Positions 18,626-27,544 of a stretch of 64,000 bases of DNA are shown here, piece by piece. Source of the DNA: Longimicrobiales bacterium. GTDB lineage: Bacteria; Gemmatimonadota; Gemmatimonadetes; Longimicrobiales; Gaopeijiaceae. The stretch covers positions 640,001 through 704,000 of the forward strand of contig JAWLHJ010000001.1 in NCBI GenBank assembly GCA_041690395.1, given 5' to 3'. The position numbers and the translations under genes were made by a program. A model generated the notes under the pieces. The model made no database searches, was not told where the DNA came from, and saw nothing but the letters and a program-made list of their open reading frames with translations. Position 1 is the first letter of the stretch, and each line of letters begins with the position of its first letter.

Positions 18626-20365
18626 ATGGCCGCGATGGATCGTAGGGACTTCATCCGCGCCGGGGTGGTGGGTGGTGCGGGCGCGGCCATGCTGGGGGTG
18701 GGGGCGTGCGCTCCCGACGGGGCCGGCACGGAACGGTCCGGCGGCGAAGGGTCCATGCCGTCCGCGCGATCCCCGGGCGACACGCCCTGGGACATCCCGG
18801 ACTTCCCGCTCGAGGAGATCACCATCGACGGCGTGGCCCAGGCGCTCGCGGCCGGCACCTACAGTTGCCGGGAGATCACCGAGATGTACCTCGCGCGTAT
18901 CGAGGCGCTCGACCGACAGGGCCCCCGCCTGTTTGCCGTGCTGGAGACGAACCCGGACGCCCTCGAGATCGCCGACGCCCTCGACGCGGAGCTGCGGGAC
19001 CGGGGCCCGCGCGGCCCGCTGCACGGGGTGCCCATCCTCCTGAAGGACAACATCGACACCGCCGATCGCATGACCACGACCGCGGGCTCGACCGCGCTGC
19101 TCGGCTCGATCGCGCCCACCGATGCCCACATCGCGGCCAAGCTGCGCGAGGCCGGCGCGATTCTGCTCGGCAAGGCCAACATGAGCGAGTGGGCCGGCTT
19201 CAAGTCGTTCGTGCGCGGGACGTCGGGATGGAGCGGCCGGGGCTGGGACGGAGGCGACGGAGGGCTCTGCGGCAACCCGTACGCGCTCGACCGCTCGCCG
19301 GGCGGCTCGAGCTCGGGCTCGGGGGCCGGGTGCGCGGCCAACTTCGCGACGGTGGCGATCGGCACCGAGACGGACGGCTCGATCGTGGGGCCGTCGTCGC
19401 GCAACTGCCTGGTCGGCCTCAAGCCGACGCTCGGGCTCATGAGTCGAGGCGGCGTGATTCCCATCGCCCACAGCCAGGACAGCGCCGGGCCGATGGCGCG
19501 CACGGTACGCGACGTCGCGATCCTGCTCGGGGCGATGACCGGCGCGGATCCGCGAGATCCCGCGAGCCAGGAGGCGGTCGCGCACACGCAACCCGACTAC
19601 ACGACCTTCCTCGACCCTGCGGGGCTTCAAGGAGCCCGCATCGGCGTCGCCCGGGGGTACATGGGGTTCGACGACCGCGTCGACGCCCTGTTCGAGGAGG
19701 CGCTCGACGCCATGCGGGCGGAGGGCGCCACGATCGTGGATCCGATCACGCTCCCCGAGCAGCTCCGTTTCGGAAACGACTTCGAGATGGAGGTCCTGTA
19801 CCACGAGTTCAAGGCCGACCTCAACGCATATCTCGCGACGCTCGGGCCGGACGCGCCGGTGCGGTCGCTGGCGGACGTCATCGCGTACAACGAGCGGAAC
19901 CCCCACCTCGAGCTCTCCCTCTTCCCGCACGATCTCCTCACCGAGGCCCAGGCGCGCGGGCCACTCACCGACGCGCGGTACCGGAACGCGCTCCTCAACA
20001 GCCGCCGGTACGCGCGCGAGCTGGGCATAGACCGGGTCATGGACCAGCAGCGGCTCGACGCCATCGTCGGGGCGACCTCCGGGATCCCCGAGCTCGCCGA
20101 CTACACGGGGGCGACCACCGGACGGGGCGGCGGGTGCTCGACGCCCTCGGCCATGGCCGGCTATCCGAACCTCACGGTTCCCATGGGCTTCCTGTTCGGC
20201 CTGCCGGTGGGACTGTCGATGTTCGGCCGGGCCTGGAGCGAGCCGACCCTGCTGCGGCTGGCGTATGCCTTCGAGCAGGCGACCGGGCACCGGCGGCCTC
20301 CGCGGTTCCATCGCACCGCTCAGGCGCGCGTCCCACGCTCGGAGTCCGGGGCGCCGGCGGCATGA
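18626..20365 (+). CDS. Tat-exported (lipoprotein) amidase
   Basis: GGAGGT RBS; MAAMDRRDFI twin-arginine motif then VGAC lipobox; GPLHGVPILLKDNIDT, GGSSSGSG, GTETDGSI. Confidence 0.92.
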   Translation: MAAMDRRDFIRAGVVGGAGAAMLGVGACAPDGAGTERSGGEGSMPSARSPGDTPWDIPDFPLEEITIDGVAQALAAGTYSCREITEMYLARIEALDRQGPRLFAVLETNPDALEIADALDAELRDRGPRGPLHGVPILLKDNIDTADRMTTTAGSTALLGSIAPTDAHIAAKLREAGAILLGKANMSEWAGFKSFVRGTSGWSGRGWDGGDGGLCGNPYALDRSPGGSSSGSGAGCAANFATVAIGTETDGSIVGPSSRNCLVGLKPTLGLMSRGGVIPIAHSQDSAGPMARTVRDVAILLGAMTGADPRDPASQEAVAHTQPDYTTFLDPAGLQGARIGVARGYMGFDDRVDALFEEALDAMRAEGATIVDPITLPEQLRFGNDFEMEVLYHEFKADLNAYLATLGPDAPVRSLADVIAYNERNPHLELSLFPHDLLTEAQARGPLTDARYRNALLNSRRYARELGIDRVMDQQRLDAIVGATSGIPELADYTGATTGRGGGCSTPSAMAGYPNLTVPMGFLFGLPVGLSMFGRAWSEPTLLRLAYAFEQATGHRRPPRFHRTAQARVPRSESGAPAA

Positions 20366-20390
20366 GCGGACCGTGCCCGAGGATGGGTCC

Positions 20391-21560
20391 GTGAGCCGAG
20401 ACCCCGTGATGCCGGGCTTCCGGCTGGGCTCGGTCCTCGGGTTCGAGATCCGCATCGACTACTCGTGGTTCGTCATCGCTTTCCTCATCCTCTGGTCCCT
20501 CTCCGCGGGCGTCTTCCCCGAGCGACTGGAGGGCCTGCAGCCGGCTGCGTATCTCGTGATGGGCGTTGCCGGCACGATCCTCTTCTTCGCATCCCTGCTC
20601 GCGCACGAGCTCTCTCACTCCGTCGTCGCCCGCACACGCGGCGTGGAGGTGGCCGGCATCACGCTCTTCGTCTTCGGCGGGATGGCCCATACGAAGAGCG
20701 AGGCGCGGAACCCCGAAGACGAGCTGGCCATCGCAGGGGTCGGCCCGCTCTGCAGCCTCGTGCTCGCCGGGCTCTTCTGGGTCGCGGTCCGGGTCGGCGA
20801 GCCGCTCGGCCTTCCCGCGCCCGCCCTGGTCATCGGCGAGTACCTCGCCCTGATCAACCTGATCCTGGCGCTCTTCAACCTGCTTCCAGGCTTCCCGTTG
20901 GATGGCGGACGGCTCTTCCGCGCCCTGGTGTGGCGCTATACGGGAGACGTGACCCGAGCCACCCGGTGGGCGACGCAGGGGGGCAAGGCGTTGGGATACG
21001 CGCTCATCGGGCTCGGCGCCCTCCAGACGCTGGCCGGCGCGGTCGTGGGCGGGCTGTGGATGGTGTTCATCGGTTGGTTCCTGCGGACGGCGGCCCTCAC
21101 GTCCTACGAGCAGCACCTGATGAGTGGCGTCCTCGGCCACCTGCGGGCCGACCGGATCATGACGCCCGACCCGAGCACCGTGTCGCCGGATCTGTCGCTG
21201 GCGGACTTCGTCGAAGGGCGGCTCCTCCGAGAGCGGCATCAGGGATTCCCGGTCGTCCGGGATGGCCGGGTCCTCGGGCTCGTCACCCTGGACCACGTCC
21301 GGGCGACGCCACGGGACCGGTGGCCCTCGACGAGCGTGGAGGCCGTGATGGCCCCGGCCGAGGTACTCACCGTGGCTCCGGACGCGACACTCCAGGACGT
21401 GCTCGAGACCATGGCGGGGAGCGGCGTACAGCGAGTCCTGGTGGTGGACGAGGCCCGGCTCGTCGGCGTCATCTCCGCGAGCGACGTGTCCCGATGGCTC
21501 CAGAAAGAGCGAGTGCTCGGAGGGGTGGTCGCGGCCTCGGACCGGAGGCTTTCCCCGTGA
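20391..21560 (+). CDS. Site-2 protease (M50) with two CBS domains
   Basis: LAHELSH, IAGVGP, FNLLPGFPLDGGR, C-terminal CBS pair (IMTPDP...FPVV...LGLVT; VMAP...LVGVIS). Start GTG 20391 or ATG 20409. Confidence 0.92.
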   Translation: MSRDPVMPGFRLGSVLGFEIRIDYSWFVIAFLILWSLSAGVFPERLEGLQPAAYLVMGVAGTILFFASLLAHELSHSVVARTRGVEVAGITLFVFGGMAHTKSEARNPEDELAIAGVGPLCSLVLAGLFWVAVRVGEPLGLPAPALVIGEYLALINLILALFNLLPGFPLDGGRLFRALVWRYTGDVTRATRWATQGGKALGYALIGLGALQTLAGAVVGGLWMVFIGWFLRTAALTSYEQHLMSGVLGHLRADRIMTPDPSTVSPDLSLADFVEGRLLRERHQGFPVVRDGRVLGLVTLDHVRATPRDRWPSTSVEAVMAPAEVLTVAPDATLQDVLETMAGSGVQRVLVVDEARLVGVISASDVSRWLQKERVLGGVVAASDRRLSP

Positions 21561-22198
21561 GGGGCGACGCGGCGGCCCAGCGGGCCCGCATGGTCGAGCG
21601 CCAGCTCGCCCGACGCGGAATCCGGAACCCGGCCGTGCTCGAAGCCATGAGGACGGTCCCTCGGGAGGAGTTCGTTCCCGAGGACTCGCGTCATGAGGCC
21701 TACGAGGACCGTCCGCTTCCCATCGGTGAAGGGCAGACGATCTCCCAGCCTTACGTCGTGGCGCTGATGATCGAGGCGCTTTCCCTCGCCCCGGACGACC
21801 GCGTGCTGGAGGTCGGAGCGGGATCGGGTTACGCGGCCGCCGTCCTGGGGCGTATCGCCCGCGAGGTGTATGCCATCGAGCGCCACGGATCCCTCGCTCG
21901 CGCCGCATCGGAGCGGATGCGCCGACTCGGCTACGACAACGTCCAGGTGAGGGAGGGGGACGGAACCCTCGGTTGGGCGGAGGAGGCTCCGTTCGACGCG
22001 ATCCTCGTCTCGGCCGGAGGTCCGGAGGTCCCCGCGCCTCTGCTCGATCAGCTCGTGTCCGGCGGCAGGCTCGTCATCCCTCTCGGGGATCCCATGAAGG
22101 ACCAGGAACTCGTCCGGCTCGAGCAGCGGGCCGGGGGCGCAGTCGTCCGGGAGTCGCTCGGCCACGTTCGCTTCGTGCCCCTCGTCGGTGAGGGTTGA
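21557..22198 (+). CDS. pcm: Protein-L-isoaspartate(D-aspartate) O-methyltransferase
   Basis: VPREEFVP, AYEDRPLPIGEGQTISQPYVVA, VLEVGAGSGY, GDGTLGW..APFDAI, GGRLVIPLG; GTGA overlap with the S2P gene. Confidence 0.93.
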   Translation: MRGDAAAQRARMVERQLARRGIRNPAVLEAMRTVPREEFVPEDSRHEAYEDRPLPIGEGQTISQPYVVALMIEALSLAPDDRVLEVGAGSGYAAAVLGRIAREVYAIERHGSLARAASERMRRLGYDNVQVREGDGTLGWAEEAPFDAILVSAGGPEVPAPLLDQLVSGGRLVIPLGDPMKDQELVRLEQRAGGAVVRESLGHVRFVPLVGEG

Positions 22199-22333
22199 GG
22201 CCCCGACGCCCTCGCTCCAGCTCCGGGCCTCCGGGAACGGAAGCCCGCCGCGGGGGATATTCCTCCATCGCGCTGCGCCCCGTGAATGCGCGCGTTATTT
22301 GATAAATCCGATATTTCAGGAGAACGGAAGCCC

Positions 22334-25033
22334 ATGGGCAGACGGATGCTACATGCCACCGGGTCGACGCTGCTGCTCCTCCTCACGCTGGCGGTTCCGG
22401 CGTGGGCGCAGAACCGGGTCACGACCCCGGAGCAGCAGTTCGGCCACGAGCTCGGTGCCGACTACGAGCTGATCGACTACGAACAGCTTCACGACTACTG
22501 GATCGAGCTGGCCAACCAGTCGGACCGGATGGTGCTCGACACCATCGGGCTCACGGAGGAAGGGCGTCCGCAGGTCCAAGCCATCATCACCTCTCCCGAG
22601 AACCACGCGAACATCGACCGGTACCGGGAGATCGCGCGGCGGCTGGCGAAGGCCGAGGGTGTGAGCGAGGAAGAGGCCCGCAGGCTGGCCGACGAGGGGA
22701 AGGCCATCGTCTGGATCGACGGCGGGTTGCACGCGACCGAGGTGCTCGGCGCGCAGCAGCTCACGGAGATGGTGTACCGGCTGAACGACTACACGGACGC
22801 CGAGACGCAGCGCATCCTGGACGACGTGATCATCCTCGCCACGCACGCGAACCCGGACGGCATGGAGCTGGTCTCGGACTGGTACATGCGGAACGACGAT
22901 CCGCTCGAGCGGAGCTCGTCGGGCATTCCGGTGCTCTATCAGAAGTACGCGGGCCACGACAACAACCGTGACTTCTACATGGCGGCGCTCGCCGAGACGC
23001 AGAACATGAACGTCTCGATGTACCGCGAGTGGTTCCCGCAGATCGTCTACAACCACCATCAGACGGGACCGGCCGGCACCGTCATGTTCGCGCCGCCGTT
23101 CCGCGATCCGCCGAACCATTACCTCGACGGGCTCATCGTCACCAGCCTCGACCAGGTCGGCTCGGCCATGCACCACCGGTTCGTGCAGGAGGGCAAGGGC
23201 GGCACGACCATGCGCTCGGGCGCTTCGTACTCCACGTGGTGGAACGGCGGCCTCCGCACCACGCCGTACTTCAAGAACATGATCGGGCTGCTGACGGAGA
23301 CGATCGGCCATCCGACCCCGATCGAGATCCCGTTCGTTCCCCGGACGCAGTATCCGAGCGCCGACTATCCGCTCCCGGTCGAGCCGGGGCCGTGGCATTT
23401 CCGGCAGTCCGTGGAGTACTCGCAGACGGCCAACTGGGCGGTGCTCGACTACGCCTCGCGGAACTCTGACCTGTTGCTGTTCAACATCTGGCGCATGGGG
23501 ATGAACTCGATCGAGCGGGGGAGCCGGGATTCCTGGACCACCCTTCCGTTCGAGATCGACGAGGCGGCCGAGGAGATGAACCGCGGCGACCGAGCCGACT
23601 GGGCGCGCTTCCTGCGCGACCCGGACGACCGTGAGCCGCGCGGCTTCATCATTCCGTCGGACCAGGTCGACTTCCCGACCGCGACCAAGTTCGTCAACAC
23701 GCTGCTCTACAACGGCGTCGACGTGCATCGGGCCACGGCCGACTTCACCGTGCAGGGCCAGTCGTACCCGGCGGGCTCGTACGTCGTGAAGGGCGACCAG
23801 GCCTTCCGTCCGCACGTGCTCGACATGTTCGAGGAGCAGCAGCACCCGAACGACTTCGCCTATCCGGGCGCTCCTCCGACCGCGCCGTACGACAACACCG
23901 GGTGGACGCTCGCCTGGCAGATGGGCGTGGACTTCGACCGCGTCATGGAAGGGTTCGACGGGCCGTTCGAGCTCATTCCCGACATCATCGACACGCCCCC
24001 GGCCGGCACGGTGGCGGGCGTCCCTAACGCCCGCGGGTACCTCGTCGCCCACATCAACGACGCGTTCACCGCGGTGAACCGCGTGCTCGGGTCCGGTGGG
24101 AGCGCGTGGTGGTACACCGAGCCCGTCACGGTCGGCGGCGAGACGTTCGAGACGGGAGCGTTCTACCTCGAGACGAGCCGGAGCACCGTCGAGACCCTGG
24201 CCGAAGAGAAGGGACTCGACTTCGTGGGTGTGGCGGGAAGGCCGTCGGGCTCCGCCATGGAGCTCGAGCCGGTCAAGATCGGTCTGGTCGACCAGTACGG
24301 CGGCTCCATGCCGTCCGGCTGGACGCGGATGATCCTCGAGGACTTCGAGTTCGACTTCGAGCTCGTCTTCGCGCCGGATCTGGATTCCGGTGATCTCTCG
24401 GAGTACGACGTGCTCCTCTTCGAGGACGGCATCGTTCCTCAGGAAGACCGTGAGGGCCAGCTGGGCACCGACCCGCAGACGATTCCGGCCGAGTACCGTG
24501 ACCGGCTCGGACGGTTGACGGTGGCCAACTCCGTGCCTCGCGTTCTCGATTTCGTCCGTGAGGGCGGAGCGGCGATCGCGATCGGGTCTTCGGCGAACCT
24601 GGCCTACCATGCCGGGCTGCCGGTGGACAACCACCTCGTTCGGAACGGCGAGGAGCTCACGCGTGAAGACTACTTCACGCCCGGATCCATCCTGGAGATG
24701 CGGGTCGACCATCAGAGCCCGATGACGCACGGCTACGACGACCGTGTCGACGTGCTGTTCAGCCACAGCCCGACATTCCGCATCCGCCCGGACGCCGAGG
24801 GCGTGCGACGGATCGGTTGGTTCGACTCGGCCGAGCCGCTGAAGAGCGGGTGGTCCTGGGGGCAGCAGTACCTGGAGGACGGGGTCGGAGCGTTCGAGGC
24901 CGACTACGGGGAGGGCAAGATGTTCATCTTCGGGCCGAAGATCACGTTCCGCTCGCAGTCGCACGGAACGTTCGGCTTCCTGTTCAACGGGATCTACTAC
25001 GGAGCGCTCGGGCAGCGGCCGGTGTCCCAGTAG
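22334..25033 (+). CDS. Secreted M14 family metallopeptidase
   Basis: Signal peptide ending AWAQ; IGLTEEGRPQ, DGGLHATE, ANPDG, HDNNRD, YNHHQ. Confidence 0.9.
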   Translation: MGRRMLHATGSTLLLLLTLAVPAWAQNRVTTPEQQFGHELGADYELIDYEQLHDYWIELANQSDRMVLDTIGLTEEGRPQVQAIITSPENHANIDRYREIARRLAKAEGVSEEEARRLADEGKAIVWIDGGLHATEVLGAQQLTEMVYRLNDYTDAETQRILDDVIILATHANPDGMELVSDWYMRNDDPLERSSSGIPVLYQKYAGHDNNRDFYMAALAETQNMNVSMYREWFPQIVYNHHQTGPAGTVMFAPPFRDPPNHYLDGLIVTSLDQVGSAMHHRFVQEGKGGTTMRSGASYSTWWNGGLRTTPYFKNMIGLLTETIGHPTPIEIPFVPRTQYPSADYPLPVEPGPWHFRQSVEYSQTANWAVLDYASRNSDLLLFNIWRMGMNSIERGSRDSWTTLPFEIDEAAEEMNRGDRADWARFLRDPDDREPRGFIIPSDQVDFPTATKFVNTLLYNGVDVHRATADFTVQGQSYPAGSYVVKGDQAFRPHVLDMFEEQQHPNDFAYPGAPPTAPYDNTGWTLAWQMGVDFDRVMEGFDGPFELIPDIIDTPPAGTVAGVPNARGYLVAHINDAFTAVNRVLGSGGSAWWYTEPVTVGGETFETGAFYLETSRSTVETLAEEKGLDFVGVAGRPSGSAMELEPVKIGLVDQYGGSMPSGWTRMILEDFEFDFELVFAPDLDSGDLSEYDVLLFEDGIVPQEDREGQLGTDPQTIPAEYRDRLGRLTVANSVPRVLDFVREGGAAIAIGSSANLAYHAGLPVDNHLVRNGEELTREDYFTPGSILEMRVDHQSPMTHGYDDRVDVLFSHSPTFRIRPDAEGVRRIGWFDSAEPLKSGWSWGQQYLEDGVGAFEADYGEGKMFIFGPKITFRSQSHGTFGFLFNGIYYGALGQRPVSQ

Positions 25034-25081
25034 GCTCCCCCGGCGGCGGCTCCCGGTAGGGAGCTGCTCGGGGTGACGAGG

Positions 25082-25130
25082 GAAGCCCTCTCACCGGTCC
25101 GCGGGGACTGGTGGGGGGGCTTTCTCTTTG
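25082..25130 (+). terminator. Intrinsic terminator after the M14 gene
   Basis: aagccctctcaccggtcc / ggactggtgggggggctt stem (G.U pairs on + strand) followed by tctctttg. Confidence 0.75.
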
Positions 25131-25160
25131 TGCTCGGGGCGCCGTCACGGCTCCCCTTGG

Positions 25161-25297
25161 AAGTCGTTCGAGGTTCGAACGATCGGTTCCGTCACGCCCG
25201 GAACGACGTCGGCTCAGGGGCGCCGGTACCACGCGGAGGAACGCCCGGGACTCACCGCGCGACCTCCCTCGGGAATCGTTCGAATCTCGAGCGACTT
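25161..25297. repeat. Intergenic 23-bp inverted repeat enclosing ~91 nt (structured RNA or MITE/REP-like element)
   Basis: Arms aagtcgttcgaggttcgaacgat (25161-25183) and atcgttcgaatctcgagcgactt (25275-25297) pair fully, with two G.U pairs on the + strand. Confidence 0.75.
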
Positions 25298-25310
25298 TCG
25301 ATATGCGGCG

Positions 25311-25372
25311 CGGAAGAGCACGAAGCCGACCGGGGAAGAGTACGGAGCCGGACGGAAGAGTGCGGAGCCGAG
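25311..25372 (+). repeat. Three imperfect ~20-22 bp tandem repeats (GGAAGAG-YRCGRAGCCG)
   Basis: cggaagagcacgaagccgac / cggggaagagtacggagccgga / cggaagagtgcggagccgag. Confidence 0.7.
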
Positions 25373-25415
25373 CGGAGAACGGTCGCGGGCTCGGCGACCC
25401 CGCCCGTGGAGCACG

Positions 25416-25455
25416 AAAAAAACGGGCCGCCCGGTCTCCCGGACGGCCCGCTTTT
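25416..25455 (-). terminator. Intrinsic terminator of the cold-shock gene (possibly bidirectional)
   Basis: 12-bp stem cgggccgcccgg/ccggacggcccg flanked by A7 (U-tract on - strand) and tttt. Confidence 0.8.
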
Positions 25456-25499
25456 CAGCTCGGCGGCCCGTGGGCCGCCAGATGGTCAGATTCGACCGA

Positions 25500-25706
25500 T
25501 CAGAGCTGGACGACGTTCTCCGCCGCCGGACCCTTCGTGCCCTGCACGAGGTCGAACTCTACGTTCGCGCCCTCGGCGAGGGTCTTGAAGCCGTCGGCCT
25601 GGATCGCGCTGTGATGGACGAAGCAGTCCTTGCTACCGTCCTCCGGCGTGATGAATCCGAAGCCCTTCTGATCGTTGAACCACTTCACTGTGCCTTGAGT
25701 ACGCAT
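25500..25706 (-). CDS. Cold-shock protein (CspA family)
   Basis: [45 protein letters not shown]. Confidence 0.97.
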   Translation of the reverse strand: MRTQGTVKWFNDQKGFGFITPEDGSKDCFVHHSAIQADGFKTLAEGANVEFDLVQGTKGPAAENVVQL

Positions 25707-25812
25707 CGTCGCGTCTCCTCGGTGTTGCGATGGCCGGAGTTACGATGATTCGTACTACCCGACTACCTGTTTGCGCGGAACTCCCCGCGCGGTGCGTGGC
25801 CTGTCTGGCCAC

Positions 25813-25854
25813 AAAAAAAGGGGCGCCGATCTTTCGAAGAAGACCGCCGCCCTC
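25813..25854 (-). terminator. Terminator-like hairpin between glpD and the csp gene
   Basis: Minus strand gagggcggcggtcttc...gaaagatcggcgcccc followed by T7. Confidence 0.6.
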
Positions 25855-25919
25855 AATCAAGATCTGTTGTCCGCAACCGCAGACTCGTGCCACAAGGTTC
25901 GCGGAAGGGGTGCCTGTCG

Positions 25920-27506
25920 TCAACCGGGGGGGCTCCCGTCGGGTAGGTATCCCGCCGCGATGTCGCCGAACGCACGGATCTGATCGGCGATCCACCCTTC
26001 ACCCCGACCGAGCTCCAGCGCCATGAGTCGCGCCACGGCCGGGGCCGCTTCGAGAGCGGCACGCGCATCGAACACGAGGGAACGCGTACGCCGCGAGAGC
26101 ACGTCGTCGACCGTCCGGGCCATCTCCTCCCGGCAAGCCCAGACGACCTCGGCGCCGATCAGGTCCAGCCGTGCGTGGAGCCTGTCGCCGAGCTCGGCGC
26201 GATCTTCCGTCAGCTCCAGAACGTGTTGGGCGTCGGCACCGTAGACCGAGAGCGCCCCGTACCGCTCGGCGTGCTGGTGGTACCCGTGGACGTTGAGCTC
26301 CGACGTGACGCAGCGGGCGGCATCGAGGTCTCCGAGGGTCTCGGCGGCGTCGACCGCGTCTTCGGCCATCTTGCGGTACGTCGTCCACTTCCCGCCCGCG
26401 ACGGTGAGCATGCCCGACCCGCTCACGCGGAGCGCGTGCTCCCTTGAGATCTCGGACGTGTCGTCCGCGTCGACCTCCGCGACCAAGGGCCGGATGCCGG
26501 TGAAGATGCTCAGCACGTCGTCGACGCTCGGGTCACGGGTGAGGTAGCGAGCGGCGTGTGAGATGAGGAAGTCGATCTCCTCGCGCAGCGGTCGGGGCTC
26601 GAGGGTGGCCTGCTCCACGGGGGTGTCCGTCGTGCCCACCACGACCCGGTTGCGCCACGGGATCGCGAACAGGACCCGCCCGTCGTCGGTCTGCGGGACC
26701 ATGATCGCGGACGAGCCGGGGAGGAAGCTCCGGTCCAGCACGATGTGCACGCCCTGGCTCGGCCGGATGATCGGCGGGGCCGAGGGCTCGTCCATGGCCC
26801 GGACCGCGTCGGCGAAGGCACCTGTCGCGTTCACGACGGCGCGTCCACGAATCTCGAGGACCCGTCCCGACTCGTCGTCCCGGGCTCTGACTCCGGCCGC
26901 GAATCCCTTCTGGTTCTTCAGAATCCCGATCACCGGCGCGTAGTTGAGGAGCGCCGCGCCCTGCTCGGCCGCTGTCATGGCGAGGTGGATCAGGAGTCGG
27001 GCGTCGTCGAACTGGCCGTCGTGGTAGACGACGCCTCCCCTGAGTCCTTCGGTCTCGATCGTGGGAATCCGCTCGACCGTCTCCTCCACCGACAGGTTCT
27101 TCGAGTGGCCGAAGCCGTACTTCCCCGCGAGCACGTCGTAGACGCGCATCCCGACGCCGTAGAACGGCGCCTCCCACCAGCGGTAGTTCGGAACGATGAA
27201 CGGCAGATCGGTCACGAGGTGCGGTGCGTTCCGGCGCAGGATCCCGCGCTCCTTGAGCGCCTCCATGACCAGCGGCACGTTCCCCTGCTGGAGGTAACGC
27301 ACGCCCCCGTGGACCAGCTTCGTTGAGCGACTCGAGGTGCCTTTGCCGAAATCGCTCTGTTCGAGGAGGAGCACATCGTGGCCACGGGAGGCCGCATCGA
27401 CGGCGATCCCGACGCCGGTCGCGCCGCCGCCGATGACGATCAGGTCCCAGGGCTCTCCGGCGTCCGCGCGTGCGTCGACGCGTTCGAGCATCTCGCTTCG
27501 GTTCAT
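25920..27506 (-). CDS. glpD: FAD-dependent glycerol-3-phosphate dehydrogenase/oxidase
   Basis: DLIVIGGGATG, DFGKGTSSRSTKLVHGGVRYL, DGQFDDARL, GTTDT, GIRPL, GGKWTTYRKMAED, DVLSRRTR. Start ATG 27506. Confidence 0.93.
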   Translation of the reverse strand: MNRSEMLERVDARADAGEPWDLIVIGGGATGVGIAVDAASRGHDVLLLEQSDFGKGTSSRSTKLVHGGVRYLQQGNVPLVMEALKERGILRRNAPHLVTDLPFIVPNYRWWEAPFYGVGMRVYDVLAGKYGFGHSKNLSVEETVERIPTIETEGLRGGVVYHDGQFDDARLLIHLAMTAAEQGAALLNYAPVIGILKNQKGFAAGVRARDDESGRVLEIRGRAVVNATGAFADAVRAMDEPSAPPIIRPSQGVHIVLDRSFLPGSSAIMVPQTDDGRVLFAIPWRNRVVVGTTDTPVEQATLEPRPLREEIDFLISHAARYLTRDPSVDDVLSIFTGIRPLVAEVDADDTSEISREHALRVSGSGMLTVAGGKWTTYRKMAEDAVDAAETLGDLDAARCVTSELNVHGYHQHAERYGALSVYGADAQHVLELTEDRAELGDRLHARLDLIGAEVVWACREEMARTVDDVLSRRTRSLVFDARAALEAAPAVARLMALELGRGEGWIADQIRAFGDIAAGYLPDGSPPG

Positions 27507-27544
27507 GGCGGGGACGATGGTCTGACGCCCGACACCCTGCAAGG

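Noticed and set aside
25161..25183. LexA/SOS box or tRNA (GTTCGA-containing sequence)
   Set aside because: Orientation and spacing do not match CGAAC-N4-GTTCG or GTTC-N7-GTTC, and no cloverleaf or acceptor stem could be built.
25311..25372. Possible mini CRISPR array
   Set aside because: Units are contiguous with no spacers, are degenerate, and no cas genes are present.
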